Source: Octopus sinensis
Taxonomy: Eukaryota
Length of the DNA stretch: 64,000 nt
Direction: 5' to 3'
NCBI RefSeq assembly: GCF_006345805.1
Contig: NC_043021.1
Location: 1,116,001-1,180,000 of the forward strand
Every line of letters starts with the position of its first letter. Positions within the stretch are counted from its first letter, which is position 1. Under the pieces are notes generated by a model that saw nothing but the letters and a program-made list of their open reading frames with translations, was not told the DNA's origin and did not search any database. The translations under genes and the position numbers were made by a program. This document shows positions 35,621 to 49,059 of this stretch, one piece after another.

Positions 35621-36388
35621 CATACATACATATATACATACATACATACATACATATTTACATACATATATACATATATGCATACATACATACATAGATA
35701 TATACATACATACATACATATATACATAGATATATATACATATATACATATATACATATATACATACATACATATATACATACATATATACATACATTCA
35801 TACATACATACATATATACATACATATATACATACATACATATATACATAGATATATACATACATATATACATATATACATATATATATACATACATATA
35901 TACATACATTCATACATACATACATAGATATATACATACATATATACATACATACATACATACATATATACAAAGATATATACATACATATATACATACA
36001 TATATACATACATACATATATACATACATATATACATACATTCATACATACATACATAGATATATACATACATATATACATACATACATATATACATAGA
36101 TATATACATACATATATACATACATATATACATACATACATATATACATACATACATACATATATACATACATATATACATACATACATATATACATATA
36201 TACATACATACATATATACATACATATATACATACATTCAAACATACATACATAGATATATACATACATATATACATACGTACATATATACATAGATATA
36301 TACATACATATATACATACATATATACATACATACATATATACATACATATATACATATATACATACATATATACATACATACATATA

Positions 36389-36422
<34 letters not shown>

Positions 36423-36431
36423 CATACATAT

Positions 36432-36462
<31 letters not shown>

Positions 36463-37143
36463 CATACATACATACATATATACATATATACATACATACA
36501 TATATACATACATATATACATACATTCAAACATACATACATAGATATATACATACATATATACATACATACATATATACATAGATATATACATACATATA
36601 TACATACATACATATATACATACATATATACATACATACATACATATATACATACATATATACTTACATACATACATACATACATACATATATACATACA
36701 TATATACATACATACATACATACATATATACATACATATATACATACATATATACATACATATATACATACATACATATATACATACATATATACATACA
36801 TACATACATATATACATACATATATACATACATATATACATACATATATACATACATATATACATACATACATACATATATACATACATATATACATATA
36901 TACATACATACATACATACATATACATATATACATACATACATACATATATACATACATATATACATACATATATACATACATATATACATACATATATA
37001 CATACATACATACATCTATACATACATATATACATATATACATACATACATACATATATACATACATTTATACATACATATATACATACATTTATACATA
37101 CATACATATATACATACGTACATACATACATACATACATACAT
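35143..37143. repeat. 2-kb compound (TACA)n/(TATA)n microsatellite
   Basis: Directly visible, with rare TAGA and TTCA variants. Confidence 0.98.
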
Positions 37144-38557
37144 GCTTGCGTGCATGCATACACACACATTTGCATGTATATACACGTATATGTATGTATA
37201 AAAAAATCAAGATACGTAATTGCAGCAATATTAAATTAAAGTAGCAATCTATGTATCATACATAATGTATATATACTGTCGATAGGCCAGTCACTGCAGT
37301 ATTTATCCCGGGATAACATCTCTAATGGACTTGCTGTGTTCGAAATACAGTAAATAATGTATATAGACTGCAACTTTAATTTAGTACTGCTTCAGCTGCG
37401 TACAGCGGATTTTTCATCTGCCAGGTGGCTCTTTGCAACAAATGCGAATATTTTATTCACTTTTCCTTATATCAGAAATTATAAAATTCTTGTCCGAGAG
37501 TGTGGCTGGCTGTGAATATGCACCATTAAAAAGGCTTGAAATGGCCGATATGCTTCCGGTGTTTTCACTGGGCGCTGATGGGACAAATTTTTGTCTCCCT
37601 CTGATGTTTATTGTTTTTAACATAGCAAGTTCATAAGAGACGGTATCTCAGGATAAATACCTCAATAACTGGCCTACTAATAGGGTGTATACAATATGTA
37701 TGCTCCACTGATACATAGACGGCCACACACACACACACACACACACAGGTACAGACACACACACACACAGAGGCACAGACACACACACAGACACACACAC
37801 ACAGAGACACACACACACACAGACACACACACAGATACATACACACAGACACACACACAGGTATTTGTATTCATTATTTGTTGTGTGATAAAAGCGTGAA
37901 ATGTTACACGAGGTAGAGATGTTAAAGCAACACTTCATGAGTCAGTTGGTATCAAGAACAAGACAAACATTCTGTGATCAGAGGAGGAGGGATCCCCTGT
38001 TGAAGTTTATCAAAAGAAATTTCTCTGGGTCTTTAGTGGTGGGTATGTCACACACCTTAGACTAACACACTAACACCAGTGACACCTGCCAGAAATAATT
38101 CTCAAATCACCCTGAATTCAAATGCTACATCAGCCACTTCTTGACATAGAAAATGGCGAGAAAGTTACAGCAAGAATGCTTTTGATTATATGTCAATAGA
38201 GTGGAGGACAGCATAAGGCTTCCATAATTATTCTCCAAATACAATTCATTCTGACAATTTTTGGTAATGGAATTGAGAGAGAATGTGACTGTCTTCCACT
38301 TTGGTCATGTTATTGGCTAATCTTCGGCAATGTTTTCGGCTGAAAGTTGAACAATTCCAGTTGTTTATAAACAATATTTTTGTGACTTTCATCAGCTCAT
38401 TAAACAAACTGGCAAAAGTCGCCAACATTATCAAAAGTTTACAAAACATATGATGTGTAACCTCGTGTAACATTTAATCTTCATAGAATCCAACAAGGAA
38501 AGCAGGACTGTGACACATCTATCTATCTATCTATCTAGAGGATATATATATATATAT

Positions 38558-39069
38558 GACCCAGTAGAGGGACCAGCTCCCTAGTAGATAAAGCAATTAA
38601 GGATATGAAGCCAGGAAAAGCCCCTGGCTCACCAGGAATCACTGCTGAGATGCTTAAAGCATCTGGTGGTGTGGGCTATGGCCTAGACACCCACATTATA
38701 AACCAGGTAGTACATAATGGAGTCATACCCAATGGCTGGCATAGCAGCACCATAGTCAACTGCTACAAGGGTAAAGGTGATGCTCTAGATAGAAATAACT
38801 ACAGGGGTATCAAACTGTTGGATCAGGTGATGAAGGTCACGGAGAGGGTCATAGCCCATCTCATTAGGGAGAGAGTCTGCTTAGATGAGATGCAGTTCGG
38901 ATTTGTTCCGGGTAGAAGCACCACTGATGCCATATTCCTGGTTCGACAACTGCAGGAGAAATACCTAGCTAAAGATAAACCCCTATACTTAGCTTTTGTG
39001 GACTTGGAGAAAGCCTTTGGCAGGGTTCCCCGATCCCTTATCTGGTGGGTAATGCGGAAACTGGAGATT
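38558..39069 (+). pseudogene. RTE RT fragment, truncated by the adjacent TIR element
   Basis: [51 protein letters not shown]. Confidence 0.92.
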
Positions 39070-39070
39070 G

Positions 39071-41032
39071 AAAATCAAAATCCGCAACAAGGATATCCAG
39101 AGGTAATGCAGTACGATTGTTTCAAGCAACTCCATTTAATTGAACAATACAATCATTACATCAATTTAAATGCAATCCTCAGCTGCATAATAGAATTTAA
39201 TTAAAATAAAACGGATGGCCACATAAGTATAATTTTACCTAAAACCTCCAAGAAGGAATATGCTGTCTTCACTTCTAGTTTTAAATAATTAAATTATTAT
39301 ACATTGTCCATAAGTTGTCTCTATTTATGTTAGTAAGTTGTGTATATATACTTCATCATAGTTTTTAGGGATTAAGCTATTTCATTCCTTTTCTATGGTG
39401 TTCTGCCCTACTTAATCATTTTAATACTTCTTAATACTTTATAATTGCCTTTAGATAAACCTAAATTCATACTTAGCTTATATAAAAGAATATGGGTATC
39501 TTCAAAACTTAAAAAATAAACTGCTTAGATTACAATTTAATTAATATATAGTTAACTTGTTCTTTCGCCTTAATGCTAAATCTTCTTGATAACCCTAGAT
39601 TTTTAACTTTATGCAATATGGGTATATTGTTTAAAATAGATTCAGTAATTACTTTATTTATCCCTTTCTTAAAGTGTTCTACCCTCATGATCTTAGTATT
39701 TATATTGGCCTTTATACAAGTAGCCCTTCCAATTAAGTACCCCTAAGAAACTGTAATATCATGTACAGATTAACACTAATAATTTTTAAAACCTATATTA
39801 TACCTCTTAATTTAAAATTAGTATATAATTAGAATGTCCTATAACATCAATATTCCTTTCGTTAATACCAAGTATCAGTCTTTATTGATACTAACTAAAT
39901 AAATATATAAATAATTTTTAGTTTAGTATACTTAAATTATTATACATTTTCTATAAATCTTCTATATTGATGCAAATAAGGTATATATACTTTATCATGT
40001 TTTTAATGATTATGTTATTTTCTTCCTTTTCTATGGTGTTCTGTCCTACCTGATTATTTTATTATTTTATAATAGCTTTTATTTATAAAATAAATCTAAT
40101 TTTTATACCTCAATAAATTCATACTTAGCTTATATAAAACAATACTGGTATATTCACTACTTAAAATAAACTGCTCAGATTATAATTTAATTAATATATA
40201 GTCAGCATGTTCTTTTACCTCAGTACTCCTTTATTAAATACCTATTGATCAATATTCACAGATACCATCTGATAAGTTAGTATTTAAGTATATAATATGT
40301 ATAAATATTAAACTATTTCTAGATAATTTCTTTTCCTCCCTCTATTGCGGTAAAAGTTTGGTATATACTCAAAAGTATTCAAAAAAACTTTTTTATCCTT
40401 TTGTTATAATATTCTTCTTAATAATCCTAAACTTTAACTTTATACAATATGACAATATTGTTTAAAATATTTTACTATAGTACCACATGATAAGATTTCC
40501 CCTGCTTTCATTACTACTATTGGCTTGCCCCTTTCATTGTCAGCTAACATCTTGATATTAGATTTCCATTACCAAATCTCATGATATTGCTTCAAATAAA
40601 TCTTGATAGTTTTTTATAACTATACCCACTATGATTTCTGTTGACTCCCTCATCCCCCTTCCTAGCAGGCACTACTCCTTGTTCTTTTAGCCTAAGATAT
40701 ACAAAGATTTGATAAAGTAGTCTATAAATTAAAACTGACCCCATAAAACAGAGAAAGCACAATCTGTAACAATTCTTTCTTCCTGATACCTTAGTAGCTT
40801 CTAAGCTGAAGTGAAGGCAGCATACTCCTTGTCTTTCTCCTTACCTTCTTGGAGATCTTAGGTAAAATTACACTAATGTGTCCATCTGCCTTAATTTAAT
40901 TAAATTCTATGTCTTTATGCAGCTGAGGATTGCTCTGCATTTAAATTGATTTAATGACTGCATTGTTCAATTAAATGGAGTTGCTTGAAACGATCGTACT
41001 GCATTACCTCTGGATATCCTTGTTGCTTATTT

Positions 41033-41035
<3 letters not shown>
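39071..41035. mobile_element. ~2-kb non-autonomous element with ~200-bp TIRs and an AT-rich, internally duplicated core
   Basis: GCAACAAGGATATCCAGAGGTAATGCAGTACGAT..CTCCAAGAAGG at 39084-39256 is mirrored at 40845-41026. Confidence 0.82.
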
Positions 41036-41088
<53 letters not shown>

Positions 41089-41098
41089 ACACACACAT

Positions 41099-41135
<37 letters not shown>

Positions 41136-41179
41136 AATATATATATACGTTTAAATATAAAGAAAGGATCAGAGTATAC

Positions 41180-41415
41180 AAAGGAGCCATGAAGAAATTT
41201 GATAATATATTATGTAATCATAGGAATGGGAACAAGTCATGGAATACTATAGAAAGGACAAAAAAGAAAATAGGGAAGGCCAACTCTTAGTATGATAGCC
41301 ATAAATACCAGAGTGTCATGTTCGTTGACACCACCCCTGGAGGTGAACTGGCGTACCGCTTTAGAAGGACCCTAGACAAACTTAAGCTAAGAATTAAGGT
41401 TGTTGAAAAGCCAGG
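41180..41415 (+). pseudogene. Penelope-like element C-terminal fragment
   Basis: S*YDSHKYQSVMFVDTTPGGELAYRFRRTL..RIKVVEKPG matches the WY..Y.SV.FVP.TPG.EL..IKVVE pattern. Confidence 0.55.
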
Positions 41416-41910
41416 CAAATTACAGAAGCTACACACATAATAGAAAATAAACCTAGCCTGAATAGAAAACTAGAATGGAGCACTAGCACACACCACAACA
41501 TATGACGATAGAGGATCCCGAAAACATAATAAATACACAGATAGATAAACAAATAGAAATAAATAACTACATATATATTTTTTTTTCGATTCGATTTATT
41601 ATTATTATTACTAGTATTGTTGTTATACATACATACATACATACATATGTAATGATAATAATAAGTGGATGTAAACACATGAACAAAATAAGAATAAACA
41701 AAAACAACAACAACAAAAACAAAATACAAATTACATGAACGTATATAAACAGAAGATACAAATATTACAGGCATCCCCCCACATACACACACTAAATAAA
41801 CATAGACGCACCTAGAGATATAAGCATGCGCAAATAAAGACATACAATAGAAATACAAAATGGCTGACGGTTAGTAAGGAGAGACACAAATAAGAAAGAA
41901 GAAAACAAAG

Positions 41911-41954
41911 GACCACTGATGCGGTCACAGGAGTGTGACGAAAGAACTCTGGCC
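41911..41954 (+). ncRNA. Minimal type-I hammerhead ribozyme motif (A9 substituted)
   Basis: GACCA-CTGATGC-G-GTCAC AGGAGT GTGAC-GAAA-G AA C-TC-TGGCC. Confidence 0.6.
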
Positions 41955-42730
41955 GAAATAAGATTAAGATTAATGTAAAAAATAAATAACACTGAAGCAA
42001 AATAACACCAAATATATAGTGCGTGTGTTTTTATTGGCTAAACTGGCAAAATGACCATTCCGAAATATAACTATATATATATATATATATGTAAATGTAA
42101 AAAAATACAAACTGGGACAAGAACGTGAAACATTTAGAAGACGATACAAAAAACACAGACGGGACATTCGAAGCCTTCAATCTTCAGTCAAGAACCGGAT
42201 CATCTTCGCAATTTCGGCTGATTAATCTTGAGATTGCTCCGATCTGGCCAGCCCCAAAGGAAAATCTAAGCCAAGCGCATGAGATTCCTTGGAAGAAAGC
42301 CTCGAATGTATACAACACAGGGACGGAAAACGGACGATGTTACACGAATAAAAATACAAAAATACGTAAAAACAATAATGATAATAATAATAACAACAAA
42401 AACAGGACGTCACAGACAAGTGTCTTTTCGACAGGACGAGTAAATTTTTGAGCTGGCGTTAGAAAAAAGCCTTAGGGCTAGAGAGAGACAAAAAATGTGT
42501 CTTGCCGCAACGGCTGCTGACCACGAAGAGGCTAGCAATCGGTTGGCTAGTCAAGTGTGAGGGAAAGAGAGAGGAAAAGAGGGACAGATAAAGAGAGAAA
42601 GAAGGGGAACAAGGAACAAGGAGGGGGAGAAGAGAGAGAGACAGATCAAAGTGGAGTGCAAAGTGTGAAAAGCAGAGAAATGTAGGAGAGGGGAAGAGAG
42701 ACATTGTTGTAGAGTCGTACCATGTGTTAA

Positions 42731-42782
<52 letters not shown>

Positions 42783-42784
<2 letters not shown>

Positions 42785-43125
42785 AGAGAGAGAGAGAGAG
42801 AGAGAGAGATTCTGTCCGTTGGCGTGTTTGTTTGTTTGTCCAAAATTAAGCAATGATTCTACACTAATTGTGCACAAACCAATGAGGAACTGCATCGAGG
42901 CAAATATTTTCACTGGTTGTGATAAAGGTGACCCCGTCTTCGTTCCTCGCATACCAGTTATACAGACATCTAATGTCCCATTCCAGTTTAAGCCTTTATA
43001 GTTTCCTATCACACTTTCTTTACCATAAGCATTAATAAAACTCAGAGCTAAGCACTAAAAGTTGCGCGATTGCAACTTGAAGAACAAACAGAAGTTGTTG
43101 TGTGTGTGTATGTGTGTGTGTGTGT

Positions 43126-43184
<59 letters not shown>

Positions 43185-43480
43185 AGATTCTGTCCGTTGG
43201 CGTGTTTGTTTGTTTGTCCAAAATTAAGCAATGATTCTACACTAATTGTGCACAAACCAATGAGGAACTGCATCGAGGCAAATATTTTCACTGGTTGTGA
43301 TAAAGGTGACCCCGTCTTCGTTCCTCGCATACCAGTTATACAGACATCTAATGTCCCATTCCAGTTTAAGCCTTTATAGTTTCCTATCACACTTTCTTTA
43401 CCATAAGCATTAATAAAACTCAGAGCTAAGCACTAAAAGTTGCGCGATTGCAACTTGAAGAACAAACAGAAGTTGTTGTG
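42783..43480 (+). repeat. Two identical tandem copies (period about 378 bp) of a Helitron helicase C-terminal fragment bounded by microsatellites
   Basis: PKLSNDSTLIVHKPMRNCIEANIFTG..VFVPRIPVIQTSNVPFQFKPL*FP at about 42820 and 43198. Confidence 0.9.
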
Positions 43481-43483
43481 TGT

Positions 43484-43571
<88 letters not shown>

Positions 43572-43829
43572 TATGAACAAGATTATACCACTTACAAAAT
43601 CTTTGTTTTCTAAATAACAATAAACAGGGTGGCGGCTAAGATTTACGTTATGTTTAAATAAGTGGTATTTTTTTCTCCCTAATATACAAAAGCCGCACCT
43701 CTTCCTTTTATTAAATGCATTCATTTCAACAAAGAAAAGTTAATTTTAACAACACCTTTTATGTTAAACACCTGAAGCTGTGCTCGAATAACATTCATGA
43801 CAAGTAGTCATAATATCATGAGACATAGG

Positions 43830-44100
43830 AATGGAGTTTAGTTAGGATAAGTGTTCGTGTTTGGTAGTGAAACAAGGAAAGATTGTCAATCGGGCCTGGA
43901 ATATTGCTATCAATGGCCTGTCTATCTCCCTTGTCATCAGTAATGTTATAAATATCTCGGAATCGACGAAAATATTGTAAGTTGGTGCTGTGAGTGAAGC
44001 TAGAGTGACAAAAAACTACTTCAGCTGACATTTGAAGATACGGAGGTAGAGTGCCGAGATTAACCCAGACTACATTTGAGTGTCGAAATGTGTCACTTGG
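43830..44100 (+). pseudogene. Decayed non-LTR RT fragment (R4/Dong-like)
   Basis: DIGMEFS*DKCSCLVVKQGKIV.., then a frameshifted YKYLGIDEN. Confidence 0.5.
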
Positions 44101-44448
44101 ACAACATCTACTGAACAGTAAAGGGTTTCGCATTCTCGAAATACAATCGATTAGAGATACAAGGAAAAATTGCAAAGCATTCCATAAATTCTCCACTTGA
44201 GGTTCCTGAACACATTCACACAATAATAAATGCATTGAAGTACACGTAAACAGTAATGAAGTACACACACTAGTGAACTAAAGTGACACACGTAACTACA
44301 ACTCACAAGAAGTACCTTAAAACGAAGAGCTCTGCCATTTTGTTAGGGAAAATGTTATTAGAAACCCATATATATACGTTCCAAAATATAACTACAAGTG
44401 GATTGTTGGCAATTTTTCCCTGTCTTACTTTTCTTTTGGACTTTCCTC

Positions 44449-44485
44449 TGTTTCTGAAGAAGAGCTTTGCTCGAAACGTAAAACA
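44449..44485 (+). ncRNA. Intact minimal type-I hammerhead ribozyme motif
   Basis: TGTTT-CTGAAGA-A-GAGC TTT GCTC-GAAA-CG-TA-AAACA. Complete core, 5-bp stem I, 4-bp stem II, palindromic ACGT stem III, GUA triplet. Confidence 0.82.
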
Positions 44486-44636
44486 CTCTTTCTTTCCTTC
44501 CTTAAGCGTCTTATTAATTCTTTGCATGTACCACGTCCTCGCGTTGTTTTTTTTTTCTTGCTTTTTCCCCCCTAAGCTTTTAGGATTATATATATATATA
44601 TGTTAATGTCTCATTTATACCTGCCTTATATGGCTT

Positions 44637-44688
44637 ATAGGTTAAATGAGGCATGATTGCCCTTACTGCCGAAACAGCTGTCAGATAT
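44637..44688 (+). ncRNA. Degenerate hammerhead motif (core 5' half mutated)
   Basis: TAAATGA-GGCA..TGCC-GAAA-CAGCTG-TC-AGATAT. Stem II, palindrome ACAGCTGT and GUC are intact. Confidence 0.5.
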
Positions 44689-44870
44689 GATATAATTACA
44701 TATTATATTTTATATTTTATATTTCTATTTCCTTGTCTAATTATATTTACAATATATTTTGTATAATGCCTTTACTGTTATGTAATGGTGTAATAAAGTA
44801 TTGATTGGGTATCATCTGATGGTTGATGTTTGATTGATTTAAGTATGTTTCTCCATTTTCTAATTTTGTA

Positions 44871-44960
<90 letters not shown>

Positions 44961-44985
44961 TATGTGAGTATTATTCGGTAGCCAT

Positions 44986-45046
44986 GATAAAACTCCGAGT
45001 TTCGGATGCCGAGGTGGAAATCCACGCCGCTATCTCTTCAGTTATC
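44986..45046 (-). ncRNA. Type-I hammerhead ribozyme motif with extended stem II
   Basis: Minus strand GATAA-CTGAAGA-GATAGCGGCGTGG ATTT CCACCTCGGCATCC-GAAA-CTC G GAG-TT-TTATC. Confidence 0.75.
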
Positions 45047-45119
45047 TGGCCATCGGAAAAATGCTAATTTACTTAATATCGAGGTCACTTTCATTTTTTT
45101 GTTGTCTTACCATTTTTAT

Positions 45120-45189
<70 letters not shown>

Positions 45190-45325
45190 CCGAAATTGCT
45201 AAGATGATCCGGTTCCCGACTGAAGATTAGACGCTTCGAGTGACCCGTCTGTTTTTTTGTGTCGTCTCTTTGTGTGTTTTTGCGTTCTTGTCCCACTTTG
45301 TAATTTATATTTTATATTTAATTTC

Positions 45326-45429
<104 letters not shown>

Positions 45430-46521
45430 TGTTCTATGATGGTAAGATCAAGAAAACAAGTACGCCATCTGGTGAGAGATAAATATTATTTAATAAACAC
45501 AATGCATGTTTTTATGACTTACTATTAGTAGCTCATGAAAGCGTCTCAGACCGCATTTATAAACACGTTCGGTGTCTTAGTGCAATCTTCCGGCTGTACC
45601 CAGATGACAGGACAAAAGGTGAGAAGGAAGTAGATGCAAAAAGTGGAAGGTTGAAAGATCGGAAGATGAAAACACAAAGCTTTGTTAATGATACCCCAAA
45701 TAATGAGTGACGATGTTAAACCGGATGACGGGTAAAGTAGGTCTACTAACTTAGTAGAAGAGAGCAGGGTTTCAATTCAGAATACGAAGAGCTGGGTAGA
45801 TACCAGAACACACCCAGTCCATGTTTTTACAGTTCCGCTTATACACCTTGATAGAATTGCGATATATTCTGTTTGGCTTTCAAATGAATTTGCCATCGCG
45901 CTGCCATCTCATATGCGCGCGCGTACGTGTATGTATATGTATGTCAATGTATGTTTGTGTATGTATATATGTATGTTCGTATTATGTTTACCCTTAGACG
46001 CACACACACACACAGATGTACAAAGAGAAAGAAGGATTCAGAGAATCAAACAGAACTCACAATTAACACTCCGCAGGGAATCCGGCTATCAGATAATACA
46101 GTAATTAAGTTAAGGATGCAACTTAATAGTATCAGGCGCCTGAAAATCCAAGAATTATAATTGTAGAGCATATAATAATAATCAATTAAAATCCACTCAC
46201 TGCCCATCCATCCATCCATCCATCCATCCACACACACACACTTCAAAAAATTAACAAAAGCAGAACAGTCGGAAAATTTTCGAAAAAAACCCCCCAGAAA
46301 ATTCGTCGCTAATTCCTCATCAGTGGACGTTCAAAAGAGCATTATAATTTCGAGCCTTTAACGTTGATATTATTTACTTTTGATGGCGCCAGTGGCGAAA
46401 AGATACTGGGAATAACTAATGGACGGTCAACGACGAAAACAAACGTGACAAAATAAAATATACGTATACGAAAAAAAAGAAACAGTTATATAGCAATAAT
46501 AACAATAATAATATTATTATT

Positions 46522-46865
46522 ATTACCTCCTCCTTCGCTAAGACAGAGATATTGTTTTCAGTCGCGTTTGTTTGTTTGTCAGTGGACAAGACATCTCAAG
46601 AACCGCTGGATGGATTCGGATGAAAGATGACTGGTATGAGCTGATTAGATTTTAGGATCGATCCAGTACCGGACAAGGATTCTAGATTATTTTTCCTGTT
46701 TATTTACTTAATTTTTGAGAGTGGTCGGGTTCATTTTTAGTATTCTCGTTTGTGAGAGCAGTCGAGTTTATTTCAGATATTCTCATTTTAAAAATCATCT
46801 CTGGCTAATCGTTGAGAGGACGTTGGTGTTGCTTTGGCAGAGGTATGCGCTTTCTGAGTACTCTT
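46522..46865 (+). mobile_element. Non-autonomous Helentron/Helitron2-like (DINE/HINE-type) element
   Basis: 5' TTATTACCTCC..TATTGTTTTCAGTC..(GTTT)n and 3' TTGGCAGAGGTATGCGCT..TGAGT, the typical subTIR and hairpin layout. Confidence 0.5.
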
Positions 46866-46878
46866 GTTGTTGTTGTTA

Positions 46879-46923
<45 letters not shown>

Positions 46924-47187
46924 TATTATTATTATTATTGTGACTGTTGGTGTAAATAGGAAAGAAATAATTTTACCGTTCTTATAATTCTCAAAAATGT
47001 GGATGTAATTGCTGTGTTTGTGTATGTGTGCATGTGTACACATATACATATATACATACATACAAACATACATACATACACACACAAACACACGCACATA
47101 TCTATGTGCATGCATGCATACATACATACATACATACATGTGTGTGTGTATATGTGTGTAGTGTTTGAAGTGGTGTACAGATATTGA

Positions 47188-47483
47188 ATATCAAGAAGAA
47201 GGAGGCAGTCAGAATTTTGGATAATTCTTTACCAGCACTTTCGTACGTTCAATTAACTCTTCAAGATATAATGCAGAAAAAATGTCTTTCGCCTTATATA
47301 TAAATTGAAGAGGATATTGTTTTGGTTTATGTAGAAGAGGAGAAAGAGATAAGAGGATGGAAGGGGAGAGAGGGAAAGAGAGAGAGAGGAAGACAGAGGG
47401 CCAATTCAAAACAGCATCCTCTTTTCGATTTATATATAAGGTAATAAAGGATTATCCAAAATTTTGACTGCTCCTTCTTCTTA

Positions 47484-47487
<4 letters not shown>
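47188..47487. mobile_element. ~300-bp MITE with ~45-bp TIRs
   Basis: AAGAAGAAGGAG(G)CAGTCA(G/A)AATTTTGGATAAT at the left end and its reverse complement at the right end. Confidence 0.8.
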
Positions 47488-47525
<38 letters not shown>

Positions 47526-47539
47526 GTAAAAAGTGAAAA

Positions 47540-48555
<1,016 letters not shown>

Positions 48556-48717
48556 TATATATTTATATATATATGAATATATGAATGGCAAACAACTGGC
48601 ATCTGGTCAGATGATGACATTTATATTTTGATACAATTTGGAAGGAGAAAAGACTGCTTAAAGAGTTTAAATCAGAAGAAATTAACAAAAAGTCCGACTG
48701 AGGAATATTTATATAGT

Positions 48718-49059
48718 TGTGATATATGCTGATATACTCCCGGAATAGTTATAAGGTATGTTTGTAGAAATGATATTAGTGGATTAAGAAAGGTCGTCAT
48801 AAGTAAAATCTAAAACTGAAAAAGAAGGAAGAAGGTTGTGCATATTGAGCCTCGTAGCCGTTTTAAGATTAGGTGTGCAGTTAGTGCAACTCCTTGCAAA
48901 CAATCTGAAACTAACATATTATAACGGACTATCTACTCACCTTCTTTCTTTTTTTCTGTTTGGATTTTACTTGTCATGACCGGCCTTAATCAATTATCTC
49001 GTATTAATACAACAAACTTACCACATAATTATTCCAGGAGTATATCAGCATATATCACA
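48718..49059. mobile_element. ~340-bp MITE/foldback with ~120-bp TIRs
   Basis: TGTGATATATGCTGATATACTCC(C/T)GGAATA..AAGTAAAATC..GAAGG mirrored at both ends. Confidence 0.82.

Noticed and set aside
34916-37228. Long MYVCMY.. ORFs, and the similar YIYI/HTHT/CVCV ORFs elsewhere
   Set aside because: They are translations of microsatellites that happen to lack stops.
37433-37636. Possible plus-strand exon after ttttccttatatcag
   Set aside because: No partner exons or recognisable homology.
42165-42225. CTGAAGA/GCCGAAA motifs in the repeat shared with 45185-45250, as a hammerhead
   Set aside because: The order and spacing do not fit type I, II or III topology, and no stem II closes next to the core.
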